Source of the DNA: Setoptus koraiensis
Taxonomy: Eukaryota; Animalia; Arthropoda
Direction of reading: 5' to 3'
Assembly: GCA_048013815.1 (NCBI GenBank)
Contig: CM106585.1
Span: 5,022,001-5,086,000 of the forward strand
Length of the DNA stretch: 64,000 bases
The notes beneath the pieces are model-generated. The model saw nothing but the letters and a program-made list of their open reading frames with translations, was not told where the DNA came from and ran no database searches. How positions within the stretch are numbered: position 1 is the stretch's first letter; the number at the start of each line of letters is the position of its first letter. Positions 12,996 to 26,811 of this stretch are shown in pieces. The translations under genes and the position numbers were made by a program.

Positions 12996-15900
12996 TACGT
13001 CTGCTACGTTCACTATTTTGTCGGATGCGACCGATACTCGGTGCGGATACTCGGTGCGGACACTCGGTGCGGATACTCGGTGCGGGTGCGGGTGCGGATG
13101 CGGATAGTTGGTGCTGCGCGGGCTGCGGTCAGGCTAAAACTGGGCCCGGCACATTGTTGCCAGAGTCACAAATGCGCGATTGATGAGCACTGTCAGCGGT
13201 GAAAATCTGCGAAAGTCTGCGAAAGTCTGCGAAAATCTGTGAAAGTCTGTGAAAATCTGTGAGAATTGTCGCGGAATGTTTCGGATTGTTTCGGGTTTTT
13301 CCAGCTTTTCGTCTCCGCGCGGAGATTTTATTTCGGTGAGGTTCGGAAATTTCTATGATGAACGATGTTTTGCTTGGTGTTGTGTTGCTGCGATTTTCGT
13401 ATTGCTATGCCGACTAGTATCGCTGCGGTTATGCTGACGTGAGTTATATTGTGAGATATATCGAGCGAGCTATGTGCTAATGAGCGCTAATGAGCGGATA
13501 TTCGAGGCCCGCGGGATCAATGCTGCTTCAAGATTTCGCTCGTCCGCTTGTTGGCATGACGACCCCAGAGGCCCGAACAAGACACGCTAGCTGCACCGGC
13601 TAACCGTTGGCGGACACCAACGGCAAACAAGCTGGCGAATAAATAAGTTTTGTAATGATCGCGTGTGTAAATATTGGCCACCAATATAGCAGTTTTATCC
13701 AAATATACATGTAGCTTTATGCGACGCTCGCAGCGACGTTATGAGTGCGCTGGGGTCAGTGATTAACAATGAGGAGCAGCCACAAAAATTGGCAAGCTTC
13801 GTTTCGGGCCAATGGCGTACGATGGCCAACAAGTCACGAGACGAATCTTCCCTGTGTGTGTTGCGCAAATTTTCAAATTTGTTCAAATTCGAATGTGGGG
13901 CCCATCCGGCCCAGATCCCCTAACTCGCCGCTGGCTCGTATATCCGCCGTGTGTGTGTGTGTGTGTGCGATATTGGCCGATGTTTAATTTATGCCACTGT
14001 CGTGACCGTGATCATTTGGGCTGCTCACTCAGGGCCCCCACTCGCTGCCAATATCTTTTTGCCAATATCTGCTGTACGGCAATTGGCGTTGTTGCAAACG
14101 CTTATCTTGTCACGTGTCTCACTTGACACGCGCACCTTCGTGAAGACACAACTTGGCCAAGTGAACAGCCAACGGGAGACAAAATAGAGGCCCGTCGAGC
14201 CAGTTTCCATAGTGACCAGCGCATTTGCGAGTCGTTTGCAATTGTTTGAAATTAGCTCAACGCAACAGCCACATAGCCTATGTCACATAGCCTATGTGAC
14301 TGCCCTTGTGAAAATACTCACAAGTGCGCAGTGAGTATTTTCTTGGAATATTTCTCACCATATCCGATATGGCGTATCGCAGCGCGGATAAACAGATAGT
14401 TGTGGTGCCCCCTGTCTGAGGGCACAGCAAACTATCAAACTGCAAACTGTTCAGTGCGACTTTTTGGTGGCCACAAGGGCACCATGAGGGTATTGCGTCG
14501 CCAGTATACAAATGTGAGCAAGTTTACAAGTGAGCTATTCGACGAGTGGGGCGCTTGCGTGAGCTCGCATATGTTGCTAAATTTACATTTTCCACAGTTT
14601 CACTGGCAAACAATTTCAACGGGCCTCTCCGGTTTTCCGGCCGAAATTGATTTTCGTGCCGAAAATGGCGCCGCGATGCGCACGTCGCGGTCAGTGTGCG
14701 CCGCTACGATTTAAGTTAGTCGCCGATAAGTTATCGGCGATAACACGACAACATGACAATGTTGCCAGACCTTAATTGCCTCACTGCCAGACATAACGGC
14801 ATCGTCGGACATTGAGATATCACGATTGAGATGCGACGCGCCGGGCATTGAGATGTGCCCGTTGGCGCACTCATCTTCATAATGTTCTCATGTTCATTAT
14901 GCTCATCGTGTTCATCATGTTCATCGTGTTCATTATGGTCATCGCGTTCGGCCGACGGCCACAGGCAAACGGCTGAAAATTAAACAGAAAATTAAACAGA
15001 AAATTAAGCCAAAAATTAAACAGAAAATCAAACCGAAAATGGAGACAAACAAAACTGAGACAGTGCGAGCGGCCGGGCGAGTTGCTTGAATGAACCCTCG
15101 GCGGCTTTCATTCATTCGGCGGCGACGCCGGTGAATGGGCGCTCGCGAGTTGCAACGGGCCGAAGTGTCCTATGCGAGCGGCTCTTCGGGCCTTTCGGAC
15201 ATTCCCACATCCAGCGAACGGCGCGGCGAGCAAGCGAAAGATTTATGCATCGCCGTCCAGTGGCTGCCATTCTCAATGGCGCCCATTGTGGAATTGCGCT
15301 CGAGCTGCGGCGCTGAGCACGGCGATTTCGAGCCGGCGTTAGATCGAGAGCGCCGAGCAGGAATAATCATTAGTGGCATCATTAGCAGTATTGTCGTCTG
15401 TGGGCAGCAAGTGCCGCTCACCTGAGCGGCCGCACAGAAAACAAGTTGTTATTAGCAGCGCTCGCTTCGAAGGGTGTCGGGGTGTTCGAATTCGAAGTTC
15501 GCAGACCAAAGTTCGCGGATGGCGGTTCGCAGTTCGCAATTCGGACGGCGCGGTCGGCTCACAACAAAGCGCACCAATCGGCGGCCTGCACAGAACGGAA
15601 CAACGGAAACTGCCCTCTAATGATTGTGTTGACTAATAAAATATAATAATTCATATCAACCGCCGCTGACCATAGTGCGCCACCGCGGCCCGTGGCGCGG
15701 CCGCAGCGGTCAGCTGCAACTAGGCCGCTGTGGCCACTGCAACTAAGGCCACTGCAACTCAGGCCGCTGCGGCCACTATGGTCAGCCGCGGCACTGCTAG
15801 GGCTGCTGATTAGGGCCAGAGTTGACGGCGGCCGCGGCTTCTCCTTTGTCGGTAATGCGCCTCGGCCAGCGGCTGACCAGTGGCCGAAGTGGCCACTGGC

Positions 15901-16533
15901 CGGCCAGCGACGACGCCTAATGGCGATGCGCCGGCCGAGCCGACGACCAAGCACCCACGACTCGTCCGCCGCTCACTTAACAACAATTGAGATTGATGGG
16001 CGCCCGTGTCTCACGTGTCCCGAGCGCGGCTTCTTGTGCCGGCCGGCGGCCGGCCGGCGATCACCGGCGATTAGCGCTGACGGGCCGCCAGTCCGTATGC
16101 CAGTTCATATGCCAGTTCATATGCCAGTTCATATGCAATGTTCATAATTACCGGCCGGTGCCGATGCAACTGGCCGCTGGCCGCATAAAATAATGGCGAA
16201 ATACCGGTAATTTCGTGTCGCCCGTCGCCCAATGCTGCCAGGCTAAGCGCCGCTCGGCGACGAGTGGCACAATAATAATAAAAAGCGGACGATTGTTGCG
16301 CCGTCGCAACATAATTGCATCAAGTGTCTATGCGAGCCGGCGAGCAAATTAATTGAGCCGCTCGCATAATAATCGCCGGCCCACTCACTGGCCGCTGGCA
16401 GTGGGCCAATTAGGCACAGAGCCGATGCCTAATTAGTTATTGATTATCATCTCGGCCGAGAGAGCGACAGTCACGACGCTGACCGGCGCACCGAATGCCG
16501 CAAATATCTGCAGCAAATATGCGCATAATGCCA

Positions 16534-16593
16534 GTCATTTCGGCCGTCATTTCGGCCGTCATTTCGGCCGTCATTTCGGCCGTCATTTCGGCC
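16534..16593. repeat. 12-nt tandem repeat GTCATTTCGGCC, 5 copies
   Basis: Directly visible. Confidence 0.92.
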
Positions 16594-18644
16594 AGCGCAA
16601 CTTGAGTGATTTACCGTTACCGCTTGCGGCCGCATAACTGAAAACATGATACAGTTTTCGGTGCATATGCTGCTGTCGTGCGCATACAAACATCGGGCCA
16701 ACAATGCACCGCGACTTGCGACAACTTTGGCGACAAGAGACGCAACAGAACACACTTGTCGTTTCTGGGATAATCCTGGCCGCCGTGCTCAGACGCAAGC
16801 GACGATTTCGGCCGTCCCGTCGATTTCGACGATTTCGGCCACTGCGGCCACTGCGGCTGTCTCGACGATTTCGGCGATTTCGGCCACTTGGACGATCTCG
16901 ACGATTCGGCCGCTTCGAGGATTCGGCCACTGCGGCCACTGCGGCCGCTGCCGCAAATGGCGCATTCGAGCGGCGGCGTGCATATCGATCGGTGGCATGC
17001 ACTTATGCCACTCATGACAGCGCCAGCGACGATGCGCCAGATAAGAGAGTGACAGTCTGAGAATGTGAGCCGGTAAGTGGCCGCAAGTGGACAAATAATG
17101 CACATAATGATATGATAATAATGGCATGCTAATTGAGCGCCTCCACTGAGACACTTGTTGCGCCTGCTTGTTGAGCTCTGGCCGCTCGGCTCGACGGCCG
17201 ACGAGTCTCAACATGATGCTGCTGTCAAATGTTGATCCCACCAGTCGCAGCATTATTTTTAGATACTATTAGACTTCGGCGATAATGATCTCGTCGGGTT
17301 TGTTGGCTCGGCCTGCGCCGTGTCGCGCCAGTGAGTGAGTATATCCAATAATAGTTATCCAATAGTGTATAATTTTAATATACTGATTCTCGCCTAGATA
17401 CAGCCCATACATTCGGGCTGCTTGTGGCGCTGCATCCAAGTGGCACAATAAACTGGCGCGACACTTGTGGCCAGCGATTAGCTGGCAGCGTCCATTGGCA
17501 TTAGTAGGCACTGGTGGCACAGTATGCGACGTTTTGACAAGATCATTTAGACAAACATAAGTTATTTCGGCCAGTGTTAGTGTCTGCGAATGATGAATAT
17601 ATGGACTCTATTTGTGTCAACTCGGTCGAAATCGGAGTCTCATAATTAGCGCGACACACACACCGAGTCTGACGGCCTGTGGCGACCGGCCAAACAAACG
17701 GGCAGCGATTTTCCGCGACGATTTTTCGCGATTTTCCGCGACGATTTTCTACGAAAAACCGCAATTTTCCGCGACAATTTTCCACGAAAACTTTCCACGA
17801 AAAACCGCAAATTTGCGCGACAAATCGCGAACTGGCCACAATGTGCGCGCAATTGTGCCCAGTTTGCGATTTGTCGTGCAAATTTGCAATTTGCAATTTC
17901 CATTTCCGATTGACATCCGAGCGCATCACTCATACAGCATGAGTCATGCTGCATGATTCGTACCGACGCTAATAGCGCAGTTATCGGACGCACATCACCT
18001 GTTATGTGTCACCTGAGTTGCGTCACCATTACATAACCGCATACACACTTTGCTAGTATATACTAGTGTATAAATGCAACGCAGATGCCCGCTGTGAGTG
18101 GCTTCGTACGTTTATTTGGTGCGTCGTTTAGTGCGCTGCGTCGAACGCCACATCAGGCAACAACAACAAGTGGCCTGTCATCGCTGTTATCTTGCGCAAC
18201 CATTTTATCCACATGTGGCCGCAACAAGTTGTTGCGATAATAATAATACTATCACTACGACGCCGCCGGAATGTATGGCGCTGACCGAGCTGTCGGACGC
18301 TGGAGACGCTGCCGTTGCCGTGCCGGCGCTGGGCGAGCGTTGAACAAACATGCGCTATGTCGTTGCATCTTGCAACTAGTCGGAGGCGAGAGTTTGCGGC
18401 CACTTTCGAGCGCCGACCGGCCCTTCGGACAACCGGCCCTTCGGAGAACCGGCCCGCGTGGGTCGGCGTCGGCCGGCTACGGCCGGCGACCCCTGCGACA
18501 GGGCTCTCGTTTGGGCCGGCACGGCCGCTCCGAACGCTCCGAAAAGCGCGGCCCGTTCGCCGGACAGCACGAGCGCGCAACATGGCGCGCCGGGCGCGCC
18601 TGAGCACGGGAGCCCCGCATGTTCGAGAGCTCTCCACGACTCTC

Positions 18645-18716
18645 CGGTCGAAATTCGCTGTCCAGTCGAAATTCGCTGTCCAGTCGGGATTCGCTGTCCA
18701 GTCGGGATTCGCTGCC
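18645..18716. repeat. 18-nt tandem repeat CCAGTCG(AA/GG)ATTCGCTGT, about 4 copies
   Basis: Directly visible. Confidence 0.85.
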
Positions 18717-21700
18717 AAAATGAACACAAGTCAGGCGGGTTCACCTGTGAGAGCGCAAGTCGAGTGGCCGCCCACTGGTTCCGCCGCAGCACCGATCATA
18801 TATCACGGGCAGCGCACAGTTGTGTCTATTCGTCAAGTTCGTTCAATCGTCTGCTCGTGCAAAACGCCGCCGCTGGCCACTTGATGATTTCGATGAAATT
18901 CGATATGCGAATAGTGGGCGCAATTGTGTTTCGCGTTCGAATTTTGTCGAGTAATATTCGACGTTCGAATATTCGACGAATATGCACACTTCGAACGCGA
19001 GAACGCGAAAATATTCGCGTCCAAGTCATCGTGTAAAAGTGTGCGAATATTCAAATGGAGGGCATGTAAGACATGCCTCATAATGTTGTTCTCTTGTACT
19101 TGTGATAATGTTCTCGCGATCGCAAGAACACACGAGCGCTCGTGCCCAGCAGACGGCCGACGAGTATGATATTCGCCTCATCGTTGCCAAGTGGAGCTCA
19201 TTAATTGTTTAAACCAGAAATCAGAAACGAGAAACGAGCAGCAGTGTAAAAGTCAACACTTATCACGGCCGTCGACTGTTGCTCATGTTGCTCGCTGTTA
19301 TTTCTGGCTGACCGACGCGACTCACCAGCCGTCGCTCGTGCCCCCCGATGCACATCTCATATGCATCGCATGTACGCATCCCTCTGGAGCCCGCAACAAT
19401 CAACGGGTGGTCACCAATGCGCCACTAATCTGCCGCCGCAAGTCACCTTGATTTAATGCATGTTAAATCAACCGCTCACTGCAGCGCCGAACTCGAACCG
19501 TGGGTGCACGCCACCCAAATCAGATCCGAGTCAGACCCGAATCAGACCCGAATCAGACCGAAACCGGAGCGAGCAACAACAACAACAACACGTCGCAATT
19601 GTGTTGTGGCGCCACCGATCGCCCCATGTATGCAAACACTGTGACTGGCGATGTTTCCATTGGGGCCTGACGCTGAGCAGCCGACACCGGACAACCGACA
19701 CCGCACAACTGACAACTGACACTGGTCAGCTGACGCCGACAACTGGCACTGGACAACTGACATCGGACAACTGACATCGGACAACTGACAGGACGAGCGC
19801 GCGCTTTGTCGCGATCGCAACTGAGGTTGCGGGCCGAAATTGCGGCCCGATTGAGAGATTTATTGTCGTGTGTTGTTTTGTGCGATAGAGTCAAGTCAAA
19901 TCAGATCAGATCAAGCTGAGCCAAACGAAACCAGGTCACACCGATCATTGTTGTTTGTTAATGAAGTCAGTGGGCAAAGTTGTCGCTGTCGATGGGCCCA
20001 TCGACAGCGACAAACACACAAAAGCGTTAAATAATAGACTCTTCAAACACTTCAAATGATGCGCTTAATGTCTCGGTAGCACCCATTTGAGCAAACAACA
20101 AATGCAACCTATTTTATCCGCTGACAATCTTGTATCTTGTCATGTTGGTCGTTTGTGTTGGTGCTGCTGTCGTGGTTGCTGTGGTCACTCGTAAATGGAG
20201 CCCATTGTTTGTTAATGAGTGCCGGATTCCTGCCACGGCCACAACACCGACAACAACACCGACAACAACGCCGACAACAACATCGCCGCTTGTGCGCCAA
20301 ATTAAGGGTGTTCCAATGTCCACCAATGGTCGCTGTTGGTCATCATTTATCTTGTCACGTTGGCAACATTCAATGGCATGTTGCAACAGCAACAACAACA
20401 GCAACAGCAACAACAACGACGGCAACGATACCACAGGATACGCCAATGCCCCTCGTGTTATTATTCGCTTCTTCGGACGATCATGATTTTTCATTTTATA
20501 CCAAATAAACCGAATAAATAAACAGTCTGCAAATAATATCATCTGATATAGATATTTACTACTTCCTCGATATATCAGTGACAAGTAGGTAAACAAACAC
20601 ACTTTGGCATTGTGTCGCTGAATTCCGGCATTTGCATTTCGCAAACTCTTCAACTCGAGAGGCGATTTCTCTCGCTCGCAGCTCGCTTCCATTCGAGCTT
20701 CCACGGACAAAACAAATAATCAACGGACGACACTCATGTGTCGAAGCTGAATATATCCGCCGATATATTCAGCTTCGATATATATATTCGCTTTATAGTG
20801 TCTGTCACCAGAGAAACAGAAACGTTTCGTTTCGTTTTTAGCTCATTCATTGATGCTTTCATAATACACAATAATACACAATTATAATATGCGCGTGGCG
20901 CAGCTTCAAACTGCACTATGCAAACAACGACCTCAAATGATTAAACTATTTGGTTATCTGCTGATTATTTGATCAACATTGAATATATCCAATTATGTGC
21001 GCGCGCCGGTGCCAGCAAAATAGTATTGATTACACACTATTTTGCCTGCGAATCGAGTCAATCGAGCTCCAAGAAACGCACCGAGAGTTTGAAATAACTC
21101 TCGAGCAAACAATAACTGCTTGATGGCTGCAATTGGTTAACTTCATTCTGGGTGCCTCTATTTCAACCTTCATAGCTGCAACGAAATTTTGATGGACAGC
21201 GGCTAGAAATTGTTGAAATGCTGCTTTTATTATTATATTATGATGCAGCAGTGAACGGAGCCGTCGATGAAAGAAGCAGCAAAGAATTTGATTGATGCAT
21301 TCTAATCGCGCATCAGGTCGCTAAATAAACATCAAAATAGTTAGCTATTCTAATTAGATTTCTTCTTTATTTTTCAAGCGGTCCTCCGCGCCCGTACACG
21401 ACGCGCTGCCCGACAACAATAAATATGGTCCACAATCTGGTTCAATTATAACTGGTAATAGTTAAGTGGGTGGCCTCTCGCTATTGTGTTCGCAAGTTGG
21501 CACAATGGCAACACTCGAACTCGCTTTCCATTCGAAACTAATTTGAATATATGCACATTATTGTATGTATTATTCAGCAATCATGAATGTAACACTGCCA
21601 TAATCTGTGCTCTATGACCATGTTGCCATTATTTCAGTGCCAGGTATCCACGCTCAAACACTCGGTGTGGTTTGGGCCGAAAAAAGAAGAAGAATAACCT

Positions 21701-24307
21701 TTTTGTGAACAGTTTAGTCTTTGATGACAGACAAAAAAGTTTTTTTCACAAAAATGTTCACAAAAAACCTTTCAAGAGACGCGCCAGAGCACAAGTGGGG
21801 CGACTGTCGAGCAACTTTCGCTCCACGAGCGAAAGTTTTGGCGCCGCTGATGAGGTCAGCAAGACCTCAGTCATCTGTATTGATCTGGACAAACAAACAA
21901 ATTTCGGCGATCAATGAATGAATTGATTTGAATTTCAATTGTATTCACTTTATTCCTTTGCCGGCCGCCACTAGGTAATATATTGCTAGAGCCACTATGA
22001 AGTTCATAGTATGAAGTGAAGCCACTGAACGATGGGAAAGTTACTGTGGTGATTATGATTGATCAACTAGTTGAGAACATTATTCAAATAGGATTTGCAA
22101 AAGGAAGAAATCAATCATTGTTGGAGGTGGAGAGGACCACCTCGGTGACGAGCATCATCACAGTATCATAGCGATCACCATGTGATGTGACCGATCACAC
22201 GTTACGAAAGAGGCTTCGTCGATGCGATAAAGAGCTGTTTAGGGGACGACGAAAAGGTCATAAACTACCTGAGATTGCGAGAAAAAACAATTAACTTTCG
22301 CATGGAATTTCTCTCTCTCTCTCTCTCTCTGCCTCTCTGCTCGCAGCTTCATGGCTACCAAGCGGCCACAGTTGAAATGGATCAGCAGACATAAGGATAA
22401 ATACATAATCAAGGAACAAGAGTCAGCGAACACACGCAGCCAGTTCATTAGCATGCTGCTTAATCATTAATTTTGACGAGAATGGTGATGATAGCAATCA
22501 ATAAAAAGATGCTTCATTACTTCACAGCGAGAATGTTGTTTGCCCGTTGCTATTGCCGTTGTTGTTGCTGCCGTTGTTGTTGTTGTTGTTGCTGCCGTTG
22601 TTGTCGTTGTCGTTGTTGCTGAAGGCTGAAGGCTGAGATTTGCCCGGTGCGATGGTTAATTATACGTTTTTTCTCGCACTGCCGCTGTCCATCGGTGCGC
22701 CATGCAACGAGAGTGCCGGGCAACTGTTGTTATTATTTATCATTATAATAGGTCACAGAGTGGCGACGGTCCGATATGGCGATGCCAGTGTGAGTGTAGT
22801 TGTACTAAAATATATTGGGAATAAACTAAGCTTGCATATTAAAACGAGGCTTGAATAAATAGCGCGAAGAGCGCTCTTTTTGCAACGAAAACAAGCGCCG
22901 GACCACCGGCCAATCAGTGATAGTGGACATAACAATTATCGATGATGGCTCAATCTTGTGATGATTCAATCAACAATTAATTAGCCAATGACGTTCCGTA
23001 AGACATGTTACATGTCTTACGAAACGGAGTTTACACTGCCGAGTAGCAGCGTAAATTCCGAGGCAACTTCCACAGCCAGGTGAGGCGGTGAACATTGTGG
23101 AAATTCTGCCGGCGACGATTAGACGAAGGCGGGTGCGTGGCCTATTGGCCGGCATTACCAACTTATCGTAAAATTTCGCACAACCAAACTGCCCTCTAAA
23201 ACAAGTGATAAGTCCTTGTTATCGGCACAACCAACTGCCTGTTGCGTCAACGCCAATAAACGCAATAAACGCTAGGTTATTGTTGTTATTTTTACACTGT
23301 TACGTATACACTGTTACGTACTGCCAGCACGGTGCTGGTGCGTATGGCCGACGGTCAAGCACGCGCTATCGTATCGCTCCGAGAAGGACTACTGTTAATT
23401 AATTAATTTATAGAATCCAAGAGTCGGCCGCCTCGGGCCGCGCAACAGTTCGAGTGCACTTACGAGCCAATATCCGTGCGGACGTGCGCATCTCTCGGGC
23501 CCCAATCTGTTCGAAGCGAGTGATTGCAACGATTCGTTCGACTGGCATTCATGCAATCATTCATCCGGCATTGAACCAACTGGCCAGCGACTTTTAACGA
23601 ATGTTGTGACTTATCTCAACTGTGGCATCGCGGACACAAACAACGTCGCCTCGCATGCATTCATTGGGGGTACCTACGCTGCTCGATGGGTATCCACAAC
23701 CACACAATAAAACGAAACTGCAATCAATGGCACCGGCTGCACCAGTGACAGCCCCCCCCACGCAATTTGCACTGTGGACACGGAGTAAAACAAATGAATT
23801 TGCAAACGGTCGGACACGACGCGCCGATGGCGCGCCAAAGATAATAAAAAAACAATTACTCAGCCTGAACGACTATAATGACACATTCTGTTGTGTAGTC
23901 CAAATCACGGTGTACGTACATATGCAAATAATCACCATGAGTGGCGTTCTTTAAGGATTCGTCTGCTGCGTTGTTGTCACGACGGTGTTGACGCCATACA
24001 TAACATGGACACAAGATAATATGATCCAGTCATAGAAAGTCATTTACGAATTTATAATGGAGAGAGAAAAAGATGCTCGCATAGGATCGGATCTAAAACC
24101 GAGCTTTCAGACGACGCCCACTTGTGTCTTGTTAAGTCAGTTGCACCTTTGTTGGACTACACACTTTTGCGCCACCAACACCAACAGTTGGTTGTTTTTG
24201 TTGTGGTCCTGTAGGTTTTGGATGGATTTACCTGTTCAAGATCAAAGAGAATCATCAATCATTAGGCATACACCATACACAGGTATGGGTATATATACAC
24301 GCGCGCG

Positions 24308-24338
<31 letters not shown>

Positions 24339-25098
24339 TCATACACAGGTAAATACTGCATATAAACAATGTAACTGATGTGGTACTCGGGAAACCACAC
24401 GAAAATAAATAATCATTGTTATTATTGTTTCTATCTTCATGTCGACCCATGTTGTGGCCCATTACTTTTATTTCCACTATTAGACTTTCGAGTCGTTCGA
24501 GCTCATGTTATTATGGGTTTCAGTTGGGTATTGTAAACTGAATGTGTTTTGTATACCGTACCAGCACTGGTGCCGGCTACAACCGCAGACAGCGAGAGAG
24601 AATGAGTAGATGAAAACGGCAATTAGTCGTGCCCAATGATTATCTTTTGTCTACCATAGGGTGCCGTTGTTGTGGTCAGTTATTCGGCGGTCGGGCTCTC
24701 TCAACAGGTAATGCACCACACCGAGCATTGAGTATTCGCGATTCACATGAATCCGAGGCGAGCAGCACTTTTGTTTTCCAGCCAGCATACAAATGATGAG
24801 AATAAGAGGAAAGAAAACATCACCGTAACTATCTAATAATGACCAATGTAACCAATACCGATAATATTGGTGCTTCTATGAACGTGAACGAAATCGTGAT
24901 TATGCAATTGTTTATCCGTACGATTATTATTATTATTTTATTTTATGGTAGTTTTTATTCATTCATATTACTTGGCCGAATGAAACGAAGAGCAAAAATC
25001 ATCTAGTGGCGCCTTATCATCCGTAGGATAGTAGTCGAGGCAATCTATCTCTGTTGCTGCTGTTGTTGCTGTTTGTGTTATCTCCATATATTAAATCT

Positions 25099-26178
25099 CT
25101 ATTCTTCTGCAACTTGTTGTGCATTGGCTGCAGTGGCCTTGCTATTCTTCAGCTGGGCTTTCTTAGCCAACGCGTGGGGACCCAAACCCCATTTCCTCGG
25201 ATATAGATCCCTTTCCATAACTACCCTTTTGATTTTGGCTATAATACCATGATCACAACATTTCATTGTGGATGAGGTCATGTAGGAGATGGCTAAGCAA
25301 ACTGCCTCGCCCTTAGTAGTAACTATTACAATCTCTTCGGCCATCTCTATGTTGTCCTCGAATTTTAACACTCCTGGCAACATAATTTTCGCCCCGTAAC
25401 ACACGGCATTGATGGCACTGTCTTTGATTATTATTCTCTTGTGGCCAACTAAAAGTGATTCCAACGGTTTTATGACTTTCCTGAGATATGTCTCGTCCTT
25501 GTAGTTATCATATAACCATTGTGCGTCTAATACATCATGCATGGTGCATAGTCCGTCCTTTTCCGACTGAATACCAGATCGAACGCGTCTAAGTTCTTGC
25601 ATCACTCCACCAGAGCCCAATAAAAGACCTAAATGTACGCACAGAGTTCTTATGTAGGTACCGGCCTCACAAGACACCCAAAACACTCCCAGACCTCTGT
25701 CTGGATGATATTCATGTAGTTTAAGATCGTATATTGTCCTAACTCGCAATTGTCTCTTTACGGCACATATTAGCGGAGGCCTCTGAAAGCAGGCGCCTGT
25801 GAGCTTCTCCAAAGCTCTGGCAACTTTGGATTCCTTGTCGATATGTGAGTTTAGTTTGAATATGCAAACATATTCCTTACCGGCGCCCTGTTGTGACTTG
25901 ACCAATCTAGTTGCTCGTTCTATACACACTATCAGGCATCCTGTCACTTTCGGGTCCAATGTTCCCGAATGTCCTGTCTTCTCCACACGCAATATTCTCT
26001 TTAGCCATGCGACAATTTCATGGGAAGACGGATTGGCCGGCTTGTCGAGATTAATTACGCCCGCTCTGATGTATTCACGGATGTCCCGTTTGCATGGCGA
26101 ACATCCGAATGGCAATGGAGTGAAATGGTCCGTTCGAGTGATCAGCTTCTCTATGTTTTTGTTGAGATAATTTTCCAT
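25099..26178 (-). CDS. DKC1: Dyskerin / Cbf5 H/ACA pseudouridine synthase, intronless
   Basis: [13 protein letters not shown], catalytic [35 protein letters not shown] domain ([18 protein letters not shown]) and [12 protein letters not shown]. Confidence 0.97.
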   Translation of the reverse strand: MENYLNKNIEKLITRTDHFTPLPFGCSPCKRDIREYIRAGVINLDKPANPSSHEIVAWLKRILRVEKTGHSGTLDPKVTGCLIVCIERATRLVKSQQGAGKEYVCIFKLNSHIDKESKVARALEKLTGACFQRPPLICAVKRQLRVRTIYDLKLHEYHPDRGLGVFWVSCEAGTYIRTLCVHLGLLLGSGGVMQELRRVRSGIQSEKDGLCTMHDVLDAQWLYDNYKDETYLRKVIKPLESLLVGHKRIIIKDSAINAVCYGAKIMLPGVLKFEDNIEMAEEIVIVTTKGEAVCLAISYMTSSTMKCCDHGIIAKIKRVVMERDLYPRKWGLGPHALAKKAQLKNSKATAANAQQVAEE

Positions 26179-26811
26179 TTTTAATTAGGAATTTTGTTAA
26201 TAGTTTTGGTTATTTGGTAATTGGTAATTGGTACCGTTATATGCACCAGAAGAAGGAGTCGCGGTTGTCGCATTTCGTTGGCAAACACCAACACACACAT
26301 GTGGAAACACACGTGTTGAATGAAAATTGCGGCATATTTGAATCGGGTAAAATCATCTGATATGTATAACCTGGGAGGATAAGTCAAACTGTTATTAATC
26401 AGTATAAGAGAAAAGAAACTATTGCCAAAATCAAAATTTCATGAAATACCCTTTAGAAACAGAAATCGAGGATAAGATTTTCAATAAACTACTACCAACA
26501 ACAAGAGAAACAAGGAAAACTTCGTCGCCACATTGGCACCTCTGTCGCCGTTCTCATACAAACTAGCAATGCTGCTCCATCTTATTACAACAGTCACTAT
26601 AGTGATAGCACCAGATCTAGACAAGAAAGTCTCACATGTCTGATCAACAATTCAGGGGTTAAGATCAAAGAAGAAATTGGCCGTATTGTGCATGTAGTCG
26701 CCAGGAGAGGATTGTGTCCAGTTGCGAACGAATGGAAAGGGCTTTGGAAATTCTCGAAAATGATTTAATAATACGACCATCAGGGCCGTACACTTCATCT
26801 CACTTCACTCA

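Noticed and set aside
13500-14700. SAND-like (KNWQASFR) and lanosterol-synthase-like (GPLFCLP) peptide snippets
   Set aside because: Matches are only a few residues long and are flanked by stops; no consistent exon chain.
15000-19900. Long GC-rich ORFs (e.g. 18315-18884, 18458-19036)
   Set aside because: Built from tandem repeats and open in multiple frames; no domain signal.
20114-20710. 198-aa ORF with a poly-Leu signal-like stretch
   Set aside because: The poly-Leu and VVVG runs come from (CAA)n-type microsatellites; no other support.
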